Shown piece by piece: positions 8,321 through 16,943 of a stretch of 64,000 bases of DNA. The DNA lies in the NCBI GenBank assembly GCA_965217185.1, contig OZ244252.1, positions 960,001 to 1,024,000 of the forward strand, in the 5' to 3' direction. Origin of the DNA: an uncultured Candidatus Entotheonella sp. (GTDB lineage: Bacteria; Tectomicrobia; Entotheonellia; Entotheonellales; Entotheonellaceae). The notes beneath the pieces are model-generated. The model was not told the DNA's origin and searched no databases. It saw nothing but the letters and a program-made list of their open reading frames with translations. Made by a program: the position numbers and the translations under genes. The stretch's first letter is position 1. Each line of letters begins with the position of its first letter.

Positions 8321-10111
8321 ATGAAGCCCCTGTACGTCGCAGCACTCGTGAAGCAAATACCCAAGTTTGAAGTCATGGCGCTCGGGCCGGACGGTCGTTT
8401 GCAGCGCGACGGCGTCGAACTCTCCATGAATCCGTATTGCCAGCGCGCGCTCAGCAAGGGCATCGAGTTGGCGCAAGCGACGGGTGGGCAATGCACGGTG
8501 ATTTCCCTTGGGCCTCCGGCGGCGGAGGACGTGGTTCGCTGGGGTGTTGCCGCGGGCGCTGACCGCGGCATCCTGATTTCCGATCCGGCTTTTGCGGGGT
8601 CGGACACCCTGGCGACAGCCAGGGCGTTAGCCGAGGTGATCGAGCGTTGTGGACCCTTCGACTTGATCCTGGTTGGCAAAAACGCGGTTGATGCCGATAC
8701 CGGACAGGTGGGCCCTGAGTTGGCGGAATTGCTGGGCTTGCCGTTTGCCGCTGCCGTACGCAGCCTGGACCTTCGCCACGACCACACGCTGAGCATCGGG
8801 TGCGAGCACGACGATGCCTGGATCGAGGCCGAAGTGCCGCTTCCCGCCGTGATATCGACTGCCGAGCGTCTGTGCCGGCCGGCGAAGGTGGACGATCCGG
8901 ACAAGGCCGCGGTGCCGGCGGAGAAAATACGCACGATCAAGAGTGCCGATCTGGGTGACGGCCCCTGGGGGGTTGCCGGCAGTCCGACCTGGGTGGGTGA
9001 AACGAAGGTGTTGGAGGTCAAACGGGCGCGTCGCATCCTGAGCGGCGGGTTGGAGAGCCAGGTGGCGGAAGCGGTGGCCCTGCTTCAGGCTCGGCATGCT
9101 TTCGAGGACGTAAAAGCCGCGGCGGCCGCAACTGTGGGCGAGTCCGTGGTTAATCCTACCGCCACAATCGTCGTTCTCATTGAACCAGGCAATACTGGCA
9201 GTGCACGCGAGTTGCTTGGCGCCGCCGCGCAAATGGCACCGCAAATCGGCGCCCACGTCACCGGCGTTCTGGCCGGGCCAGCGACTGACACGACGCCGGA
9301 GGAATTCTATGCCTGGGGCGCCGATCATCTTTGCGTATTGGAGAATGCGCTCGTGGAGGAAGACGTCGCGCTTTTTGTGGCGTCGTGGTGCCGCACCCAC
9401 TCGCCCCGGTGCCTGTTTGCCCCGAGCACCTCGTGGGGACGAGAGGTAGCCTCGCGCGTCGCGGCCCGCACCGGCTCCGGCCTGACGGGGGACGCGATTG
9501 CGTTGGAATATGAAGATGAGCAGTTGGTGAGCTGGAAACCGGCTTTTGGCGGGCGGCTCGTGGCGGCAATCCGTTCGACGTCAGCCATTCAAATGGCTAC
9601 CGTGCGTCCCGGGGTGTTGCTCCGTCCAACACCGCGCGAACCGCGTATGCCGTCCATGGAGCGGCTTCGCGTCGAGGCGGCTTCGCGGGTCCGGATCACC
9701 TCACGTCACCGGAACGACCAATTGGACGCTTTGGCCATGGCGTCGTGCGTCGTGGGCGTTGGTATGGGAATCCCGCCGGAGCGCTACCCGGAGCTTGATC
9801 CCATGCTGGCTGTCCTGGGGGCCGAGCTTGCCACGACGAGGAAGGTGACGGATAAGGGCTGGTTGCCGCACGCACGTCAGGTCGGGATTACCGGCCGCAG
9901 CATTGCGCCCAATCTGTATATCGGCATGGCCGTGAGCGGCAATTTCAATCACACCTGCGGCATTCAGGGCGCCGGCACGGTGATGGCGATCAATTCCGAC
10001 CCACAGGCGGCCATTTTCGAGCATGCCGATATCGGCATCGTGGCCGACTGGGCCGATTCCGTGCCGCTGCTGGTGAAGGCTTTCGGCGACCTGCTGCCTA
10101 ACGCCCGGTGA
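8321..10111 (+). CDS. Fused electron-transfer flavoprotein beta+alpha (EtfB-EtfA)
   Basis: EtfB: ALVKQIP, MNPY, AGSDTLATARALA, DADTGQVG; EtfA: GLTGDA, PAFGG, QMATVRPG, QVGITGRSIAPNLYI, AINSDPQAAIFEHADIGIVAD. Confidence 0.9.
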   Translation: MKPLYVAALVKQIPKFEVMALGPDGRLQRDGVELSMNPYCQRALSKGIELAQATGGQCTVISLGPPAAEDVVRWGVAAGADRGILISDPAFAGSDTLATARALAEVIERCGPFDLILVGKNAVDADTGQVGPELAELLGLPFAAAVRSLDLRHDHTLSIGCEHDDAWIEAEVPLPAVISTAERLCRPAKVDDPDKAAVPAEKIRTIKSADLGDGPWGVAGSPTWVGETKVLEVKRARRILSGGLESQVAEAVALLQARHAFEDVKAAAAATVGESVVNPTATIVVLIEPGNTGSARELLGAAAQMAPQIGAHVTGVLAGPATDTTPEEFYAWGADHLCVLENALVEEDVALFVASWCRTHSPRCLFAPSTSWGREVASRVAARTGSGLTGDAIALEYEDEQLVSWKPAFGGRLVAAIRSTSAIQMATVRPGVLLRPTPREPRMPSMERLRVEAASRVRITSRHRNDQLDALAMASCVVGVGMGIPPERYPELDPMLAVLGAELATTRKVTDKGWLPHARQVGITGRSIAPNLYIGMAVSGNFNHTCGIQGAGTVMAINSDPQAAIFEHADIGIVADWADSVPLLVKAFGDLLPNAR

Positions 10112-10898
10112 ACACCGGCGGGCGTTTCTCCCGCCAGGCCCGCGGGCCTTCCTGGGAGTCTTCCGTACTACGGCAGATCAGCATCGCCCACTCCAGATAA
10201 TCCAGGGTGGAATCGAGGTCGGAATGCAGACCCTTGCGCACCGCGCGCTTGATGAGCTGCGTTGCGATGGGCGGCTTGCGTGCGAATTTTTCGGCATACG
10301 CATGGGCGAATTGCGCGAATTCCTCATGCGGCACGACGTGATTGACGTAGCCCATCTGCAGGGCTTCGTGGGCGTCGAAGGGCTCGCCGCCCCAGATCAA
10401 CTCGTATGCTTTGGCGAGGCCGACGATACGGGGCAGGAAGTAGGCGCCGCCATCCCCGGTCACCAATCCCATGTTGATGTAGCTCATCACGAACTTGGCT
10501 TTGTCGGACGCAATACGAATGTCCGCCATGCTGGCCATGTCCATGCCGGCACCGGCGGCCGGTCCATTGACGGCGGCGATATAAGGCTTGTCGAGTTGCG
10601 AGACCGCGCGCGGCACCCGGTGCACGCCGTGGCGCATGTGATTGCGCTGCTCGTGCAGGGGCGGCGGTGTTGCGTCGGGGCTGTAGACGAAGCCCTTGAC
10701 GTTGCCGCCGGAACAGAAACCGCGGCCCGCGCCAGTGACCATGATGACCCATACCTCGTCATCGGCCTGGGCACGTAGCAAGGCGTCCGTCCACTCCGTT
10801 AGCATCAGATCGCTGAACGCATTCAACGATTCGGGGCGATTCAGCGTGATGGTGGCTACACGATTTTCTACTGTGTAGATGATTTCTTCGTAATTCAT
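10098..10898 (-). CDS. Enoyl-CoA hydratase/isomerase (crotonase) family protein
   Basis: ATITLNRPESLNA, GAGRGFCSGG, KPYIAAVNGPAAGAG, EKRPPVFTGR; ATG 10898 with GGGAGGG RBS. Confidence 0.93.
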   Translation of the reverse strand: MNYEEIIYTVENRVATITLNRPESLNAFSDLMLTEWTDALLRAQADDEVWVIMVTGAGRGFCSGGNVKGFVYSPDATPPPLHEQRNHMRHGVHRVPRAVSQLDKPYIAAVNGPAAGAGMDMASMADIRIASDKAKFVMSYINMGLVTGDGGAYFLPRIVGLAKAYELIWGGEPFDAHEALQMGYVNHVVPHEEFAQFAHAYAEKFARKPPIATQLIKRAVRKGLHSDLDSTLDYLEWAMLICRSTEDSQEGPRAWREKRPPVFTGR

Positions 10899-10945
10899 CC
10901 AACCCTCCCCTTCCCTTACATCAGACAAACAGCGTGTTGAAGCCC

Positions 10946-12037
10946 TCAGGCTTGTCGGAATACCTCGATGGAGGCCGCCGGGGTGCCGTTGCGCAACGCC
11001 AAGGGCCGGGTGACGGCGCGAGTTTCGCCAAACGTGGGGATAAAGCAGGAATGCTTGCCCGCCCCGCCGGCCACGAGCACGATGAGGTCCTGCGCCGAAG
11101 ACGCCACCGGTACGCGGGTTTGCGAGGAAGATTCCGTAGCGGCATCCCCTAGGAAATGAGCGGCGTTCTCCGGGCTGAATCGTCCAACATCGATGCGGGC
11201 ACGTTCATAGAGCCAGGTTTTGACGTCCTGCTTCGTCAGGCCATCGGCCGCCACCGTGGCGGCGTGCTCAGGACCGAAGACGACAACCGGCTGACCGCCT
11301 TCGGTGGCGTTGTTGCAACCGACGACGGCCATGGTCTCGGCGACCGTTGTCAGGATGCTTTCCGCCCGGATGCTACCGTGGTCATTGATATTGTGCGGCG
11401 CCTCGGCCCCAACGACGGTTACCGTGCTGACGTCGGCGGGGTAGCCGCATTCCACGTGCCACGGTTCCCATGGGCTGTCGCCCTCATTCTCGGCAAAACA
11501 GTAGGTGTACTTGGCCGGGGTACCCAGGGTGGCGCGGTCGAGTTCACCCGGCTGGGCGCCGGCCACGTTGGTCATCACCAGCCGTACGGCCCGCCCGATG
11601 GTGGCGTTGCTGCGCCAGCCCTGCCCCATGGCGTTGTAGCCGGCATTGATATCCAACTCGCGGCGAATGGGGCCGTTTACAAACACCATCGGTGTGCAGG
11701 GATGCGTGGTTGCCAAGACGCCGTACAGATTGAACGCGTCGTCGGCGAGGGCCTGTATGGCGGCGATGACAACGGGCAGATACCGGGGCAGGCAACCTGC
11801 CATGACGGCGTTGATGGCGATCTTTTCCACGGTGGCCTGTCCCTTGCGGGGCGGCAAGGCGGCAATGACCTCGTGCGGCGGCAAATCCGTGTAGGCCAGC
11901 ATGTTCTGCACGGCTTGCGGCGTCGGCGGGATGATGGGGAGACCGTCGGTCAGGCCGTGGGCATGGAAATACGCCTGCACCTCCTCAAGCGCGTCGGGCA
12001 AGCGTATCGTCTCTGATTGCAGGGGCAAGGCTACCAT
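10946..12037 (-). CDS. Conserved hypothetical protein of the type found beside or fused to UGSC selenoproteins
   Basis: TDGLPIIPPT, TVEKIAINAVMAGC, NATIGRAVRL, FAENE.SPW, GGAGKHS; directly downstream of the UGSC gene. Confidence 0.75.
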   Translation of the reverse strand: MVALPLQSETIRLPDALEEVQAYFHAHGLTDGLPIIPPTPQAVQNMLAYTDLPPHEVIAALPPRKGQATVEKIAINAVMAGCLPRYLPVVIAAIQALADDAFNLYGVLATTHPCTPMVFVNGPIRRELDINAGYNAMGQGWRSNATIGRAVRLVMTNVAGAQPGELDRATLGTPAKYTYCFAENEGDSPWEPWHVECGYPADVSTVTVVGAEAPHNINDHGSIRAESILTTVAETMAVVGCNNATEGGQPVVVFGPEHAATVAADGLTKQDVKTWLYERARIDVGRFSPENAAHFLGDAATESSSQTRVPVASSAQDLIVLVAGGAGKHSCFIPTFGETRAVTRPLALRNGTPAASIEVFRQA

Positions 12038-12085
12038 GCGGGTTATGCCTCAGGCTTGGGTTTGGGGTTTAAGGGGCCGCGGGGC

Positions 12086-12637
12086 CTACACGCTTGCCAA
12101 CTGCTGTTCCGAGGTCGTGCACAACTGCTCAACGGTGTTCAACACGCTGGCGGCCCGTTTGCCTACCTCCTCGGCTGCCAAGCCGCCGAGCGGGTGTTGG
12201 ATAACGGCAAGCGGCAAGGCGGGCATGCCGAGCGCCTCAGCCTCGGCTCGCCCCAGGGCAACGAACTCGGAGGAGCAAATCGTCACCGTCGGCACTCCGC
12301 GCTTTTCCAACTCAATGGCGTCGTGGACACTCCACGACGTGCAGGAGCCTCAATCCCCGACTGCGTTCAGAACGATGTGACATTTCTCCAGGTCGGCCAT
12401 GACGTCATCGGAGGACGGGGAGCTGATCCGCTTGTGGCGATAGATCACCTCGCTGAAGTGAAACCGTTCCGCCAATTCGCTCTGAATCGCCTGCAACAGC
12501 AAATCGCCATTTGGCTTGCTGTTGCTCAGAATGCCGAGAGTCGCCCCCTGCAGGCTTGTTGGCCGCCGGGCCAGATCATACGCCCCCTGCTGGGGTACGC
12601 CGCGTGGGTCCAGCACATCGATGTATCGCTCGGTCAT
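12086..12637 (-). CDS. UGSC-family selenoprotein, Sec at UGA 12352-12350, 183 aa
   Basis: ORFs 12350-12637 and 12086-12310 are in the same frame; read-through gives [29 protein letters not shown]; N-part GILSNSKPN; RBS GAGGAG. Confidence 0.9.
12319..12352 (-). promoter_or_regulatory. Putative bacterial SECIS element
   Basis: Minus strand: UGA, 10-nt spacer, perfect 9-bp stem CGTCGTGGA/TCCACGACG closing GTG. Confidence 0.75.
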
Positions 12638-12697
12638 CGTGGTCTCCTCAATAAGGAATCGTTACTACCCGGGGTGTGAGCCGCTTTCACGGAACGC

Positions 12698-13651
12698 TTA
12701 ACGCCACAGACCGCCGCTTTCGACCAGCATCTGTTGTACTGCCGTATACGGATCCACCGCGCCCTCTTCCACCTGCTCAAGCAGCCCCGAATGGGCTTCG
12801 CCATTTTCGAATTGAGCCGTCAATGCCGCCATCAATTGTTGCTGAAGCAAATCGAGCAGTTCCTGTCGCCGGTTCTGCCGGCGTCGCACCGTCAGTTGAC
12901 CGGTCTCCGACAACTTGCGGCGATGGGTCGTGATCGCCTCGTAGAGTTCGGTAATGCCGATGTCTTGGTGGGCTTGGGTGTTGAGAACGGGTGGGCACCA
13001 CCCATCGGAGGTATGGCGGACATGCAGCATCATTTGCAAGTCGCGCTGCAGGCGTTCGGCACCATCGCGGTCGGCTTTGTTGATCACGAACAGGTCGGCG
13101 ATTTCCATGATACCGGCCTTGATGGTCTGGATGGCATCGCCGCTTTCGGGCACCAGGATCAGGATCGTCGTATCGGCGGTGGCCACGATATCGAGTTCAG
13201 TCTGGCCAACGCCAACCGTCTCAACAATGATCAAGTCCTTGCCGAACGCATCGAGAAGCTTGATGACCCCTTTGGCGGCACGGGACAAGCCGCCATGGTG
13301 ACCGCGGGACGCCATGCTGCGGATGAAAACCCCCGCGTCGAGGTAATGTTGCTGCATGCGGATGCGGTCGCCCAGAATGGCGCCGCCGGAGAAGGGGCTT
13401 GTGGGATCAACGGCGATAATCCCGACGGTTTCGCCTTGTTGGCGGGCATGTTCTATCAGTCGGTCGGTGATGGTGCTCTTACCCGCACCTGGCGGCCCGG
13501 TGATGCCGACACAATACGCGTGCCCAAGCAAGGGCGTAACATGCTGCATGATTTCCGGGACTTCGGTGCTTTGTCTTTCCACCGCTGATACGAGCCGTGC
13601 CAGTGCCCGTTGGTCACCGGTGAGCATTTTTTCCACCAGTTCCACAGACAT
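12698..13651 (-). CDS. meaB: MeaB/ArgK G-protein chaperone of B12-dependent mutases
   Basis: GITGPPGAGKST, AVDPTSPFSGGAILGDRIRM, FIRSMASRG, VETVGVGQTE, KAGIMEIAD..VINKAD. Confidence 0.95.
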   Translation of the reverse strand: MSVELVEKMLTGDQRALARLVSAVERQSTEVPEIMQHVTPLLGHAYCVGITGPPGAGKSTITDRLIEHARQQGETVGIIAVDPTSPFSGGAILGDRIRMQQHYLDAGVFIRSMASRGHHGGLSRAAKGVIKLLDAFGKDLIIVETVGVGQTELDIVATADTTILILVPESGDAIQTIKAGIMEIADLFVINKADRDGAERLQRDLQMMLHVRHTSDGWCPPVLNTQAHQDIGITELYEAITTHRRKLSETGQLTVRRRQNRRQELLDLLQQQLMAALTAQFENGEAHSGLLEQVEEGAVDPYTAVQQMLVESGGLWR

Positions 13652-13691
13652 GCCCGTACCTCAGACCGGTTTGCTCTCCTGCAAAGCAGCG

Positions 13692-14099
13692 CTATGACCG
13701 CTGCGGCGCATGCTCCCGAATGTAGTCGACAATATCGGCGATGGATGAGCCGGGACCAAATAAGGCCTGTACGCCGCTGGCTTGCAGACCTGGGATGTCA
13801 TGTTCCGGAATCGTGCCACCGCCAACCACCAGGACATCCTCGGCGCCCTGCTCCTTGAGTAATTCCACCACGCGGGGGAAGAGGACATTATGCGCCCCCG
13901 ACAAGCAACTTAGCCCTACGACATCCACGTCCTCCTGGATGGCTGCCGCGGCGATCTGCTCCGGCTGTTGCCGCAGACCTGTATAGATGACTTCAATCCC
14001 CGCATCGCGCAGGGCGAGCGCAAGAACCTTGGCGCCGCGGTCGTGGCCATCCAGACCGGGCTTGGCGATCAGGACGCGGATCCTCTGAACTGTTGTCAT
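13692..14099 (-). CDS. Stand-alone cobalamin-binding subunit (methylmalonyl/isobutyryl-CoA mutase small subunit type)
   Basis: [12 protein letters not shown] (DxHxxG), [17 protein letters not shown]. Confidence 0.93.
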   Translation of the reverse strand: MTTVQRIRVLIAKPGLDGHDRGAKVLALALRDAGIEVIYTGLRQQPEQIAAAAIQEDVDVVGLSCLSGAHNVLFPRVVELLKEQGAEDVLVVGGGTIPEHDIPGLQASGVQALFGPGSSIADIVDYIREHAPQRS

Positions 14100-14159
14100 G
14101 CCGTTTTTGCTCTCCCTAATGGCGCCTTGGCTACGGATGCCGGGCGCACAGCGGCGGCG

Positions 14160-14188
14160 ATTCTAGCAACGGGCTTTCCGGGGGTCAA
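14160..14188 (-). promoter_or_regulatory. Sigma70-type promoter for the B12-subunit/meaB/UGSC operon
   Basis: TTGACC-17 nt-TAGAAT with extended -10 TG, ~60 nt upstream of ATG 14099. Confidence 0.6.
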
Positions 14189-14338
14189 GAAACGCCGCCG
14201 TCGCAGCGTGTCCGAAAGCCTTGATCGCAGGGCAGATGCGGTTTATACAACTCAACGGGCTGCTGGGTCGTCAAAAGGAGTTGCCGGCCCGATATGCCAT
14301 GGCTCCGAATCCACTCAGACAACTGGAGAAACACCACC

Positions 14339-15490
14339 ATGTACGTCACCGCTGTGCAGCCCTTCCTGGTTGATCCCGGCACCGGAAAGAATTGGTTATT
14401 CGTGAAGGTGAGCACCGATGCGGGCATTAGCGGCTGGGGAGAATGCTATACCCAGTCGGACCGTGATCAGAGCATCGTGGCACACGTGCAGCAACTTGGA
14501 CGCTACCTGCTCGGACGCAACGCCATGAACATCAAGCACTTTACCCACATGGCCTACCACGACTTCGCCGGCAAGCGCGGCGCGATGGATTTCTACAGCG
14601 CACTCAGCGGCCTGGAGCAGGCATTGTGGGACATCGTTGGCAAGCACTTCGGAACCCCGGTATACAACCTGCTGGGCGGCGCTTGCCGGGAGAAAATTCG
14701 CGTCTATGCCAACGGCTGGTCAGGGGGCGCCGGGACGCCGGAGGAATACGCCGAGCGCGCACTGCAAATCGTTGCGCGCGGATTCACGGCTCTCAAGTTC
14801 GATCCGTTTCCCGGACCGTGGCGTACCCATATTTCGCGGCAGTCGGAAGAACAGGCGGTGGAAACGGTGCGCGTGGTTCGGGAAGCGGTTGGGCCTGACA
14901 TTGAGCTGCTGATCGAAGTCCACCGCCGGCTCGCACCCATGCATGCCGTTCGGGTGGCTCAGGCCATCGAGCCGTATCGGCCGTTCTGGTATGAGGAGCC
15001 GGTATCGGCACGCAACGTGGACGCACTGGCAGCGTGCCGTCGGGATATTCGTCTGCCCGTCGTAACGGGTGAGGAACTCTATACCAAGGCAGAGTTTCGT
15101 GAGGTGTTTGAGAAGCAGGCGGCTGACATCATCAATCCCGACATTTGTAACTGCGGCGGGCTGCTTGAACTGAAAGAGATCGCAGCGATGGCCGAGCCCT
15201 ATTTCGTTACCGTTTCGCCGCACAATTACAACAGCACCACGGTCGGGTTGGCGGCGACGCTGCAACTAGCGGCCTGCATTCCGAATTTTCTGATCACCGA
15301 ATATTTTGTGAACTTTGAAGAGCGCGGAGCCGAGATCACGGTCGAACCCTTGCGGGTTGACGGCGGGTACATTGCGTTGCCTCAAGGGCCTGGGTTGGGC
15401 GTCGAATTGCAGCAGGATGTCTTGGAGCGGCATCCCTATCGGGAATTCTCATTGCGCAGGCTGCCGACGTACCGTGATGAGGTGCTATAG
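14339..15490 (+). CDS. Mandelate racemase/muconate lactonizing enzyme family dehydratase (galactonate dehydratase-like)
   Basis: WLFVKVSTDAGISGWGE, ALWDIVGK..PVYNLLGG, YANGW, GFTALKFDP, WYEEP, GEELY, PHN, PGLGVEL. Confidence 0.88.
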   Translation: MYVTAVQPFLVDPGTGKNWLFVKVSTDAGISGWGECYTQSDRDQSIVAHVQQLGRYLLGRNAMNIKHFTHMAYHDFAGKRGAMDFYSALSGLEQALWDIVGKHFGTPVYNLLGGACREKIRVYANGWSGGAGTPEEYAERALQIVARGFTALKFDPFPGPWRTHISRQSEEQAVETVRVVREAVGPDIELLIEVHRRLAPMHAVRVAQAIEPYRPFWYEEPVSARNVDALAACRRDIRLPVVTGEELYTKAEFREVFEKQAADIINPDICNCGGLLELKEIAAMAEPYFVTVSPHNYNSTTVGLAATLQLAACIPNFLITEYFVNFEERGAEITVEPLRVDGGYIALPQGPGLGVELQQDVLERHPYREFSLRRLPTYRDEVL

Positions 15491-15530
15491 GCGTACCGCT
15501 TCGAGCCGCAGAAGGCACTCTCCCCTGCCC

Positions 15531-16601
15531 TTATACTTCATCAAATAGGTGCGGTGTGACGAACTGAATGTGCTCTTCATGCGTGTCGGGATCGAGGAGC
15601 CAAGCGGCGGCGGCAATGCTGCTGAGGAGGGAATTGCCGTCCTGCGGCGTGAAGCAAAAGCCGGTGATTTCATGGCCGTCCCTGACGATCAGGGTCGGCA
15701 CCGAGATCACCGTTTGGTTAAGCAAGCGCCCAAAATAACCGTGGTCGCGCCCGAACGAAAAGACGGTATTGGCCATCGTTTTTTCAGTCAAGGCGATGTA
15801 CTTGTTAGCCTCGAATTTCTCAATCACCTCATCCAGCGTTACGGGATATTTGACCCGCAGGTTAAACCAGATGCTGTGCATGTACTGGGTGTTGAGTTTG
15901 ATGGCCGAAGAAAACAGATTCAGGTCCAGTCCCAAGGTGCGGAACAGGTGCCAAGCGTCGCTGGCATGATGGGTGCCGAATTTGTCGTCTTTGTGGGTGC
16001 CCACCTGCGGCGCGGCGATGAAACCCTTTTCCTGGCTGATGTCGCTGGACCGCCGCAAGCAAACGAAACGCCCTTCAACCAAATTGTCCGGGGATTCATC
16101 ATGCAAGGCGACGGTGTCAACGAGAACCGCGAGGTTGTGGGTGTTGCAACTGACAACTTGGATGAAGCGGTCTTCATAAGGCACAAGCGCGTCGTCGTTA
16201 ATACCGCGCGCATACATTTTGCCAAAACCAAATTCACTCCCTTGGGCGATGAAGCCGCGTGCCGATGACAACTCCTGATACCACTGTTCCTTGTGCTGAT
16301 TGGCCATGCCCTCAGGCGTGCAGTCGATAACCACAGACGCCTGGTTCAGCGCTTCCTCAATATCGTAGGTGGGCTGCATGCCCAGCTTCTCGAACTCGGG
16401 GCGTTTTTCGTCAGAAACAACAAGCTGCGCGCCGCGTCGGATCAGATTCTTGACTTTTGCACGGTCGTCAAGCAGGGCCCGGTTCTTGTGAAAGGTGACT
16501 TCATCGACTTCCAGATGACTCCGCAGATCTAGCAGAAGGCCGATCAGCGGCTCCCCGATCGTTCCCGTGCCGACGATGTGAATAACGCGTTTGTTTTGCA
16601 T
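15531..16601 (-). CDS. Divergent archaeal-type (type II) glyceraldehyde-3-phosphate dehydrogenase homologue
   Basis: VGTGTIG Rossmann motif, VVIDCTP.G, QGSE, catalytic-type VVSCNTH, LRRSSD, HHASDA. Confidence 0.65.
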   Translation of the reverse strand: MQNKRVIHIVGTGTIGEPLIGLLLDLRSHLEVDEVTFHKNRALLDDRAKVKNLIRRGAQLVVSDEKRPEFEKLGMQPTYDIEEALNQASVVIDCTPEGMANQHKEQWYQELSSARGFIAQGSEFGFGKMYARGINDDALVPYEDRFIQVVSCNTHNLAVLVDTVALHDESPDNLVEGRFVCLRRSSDISQEKGFIAAPQVGTHKDDKFGTHHASDAWHLFRTLGLDLNLFSSAIKLNTQYMHSIWFNLRVKYPVTLDEVIEKFEANKYIALTEKTMANTVFSFGRDHGYFGRLLNQTVISVPTLIVRDGHEITGFCFTPQDGNSLLSSIAAAAWLLDPDTHEEHIQFVTPHLFDEV

Positions 16602-16943
16602 TCCTGATTTACCTCCGAACGATAGGCAAGGGGCAGATTTTCCACGTTGTCCGCTCTCGCCTAGGCCGTAGGCGCCATGCTACTGATGGGCAAGCCTACA
16701 AGCCGAGAATAGGCCAATTCATAAGCGCAAAAGTATGTCAAAGAACCTGTTGACATGCAATGTATATTTCCTGCTATGAGATGGGTGTCGCATGATACAT
16801 AAGGGATGCCTTTCGCATAGTGTACACTTCCAACAAGACCCGAAAAAAGACAACCGAACAAGGTCTTGGCAACGTACCAAGGCGTGCCAGGACCTGCATG
16901 CTATTGAAGACCCGTCACGTGGCGGGTCGCACGGAGGTTGCAG

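Noticed and set aside
7090..12352. Genome-wide UGA reassignment (code 4/25) as the explanation for the in-frame TGAs
   Set aside because: Many intact genes end in TGA (rpoD, rpsU, apaH, ETF), Trp is encoded by TGG with a CCA tRNA, and both in-frame TGAs sit in UxxC motifs followed by hairpins.
14100..14338. Cobalamin riboswitch upstream of the B12-binding gene
   Set aside because: The leader after the predicted promoter is only ~55 nt and I see no B12-box motif.
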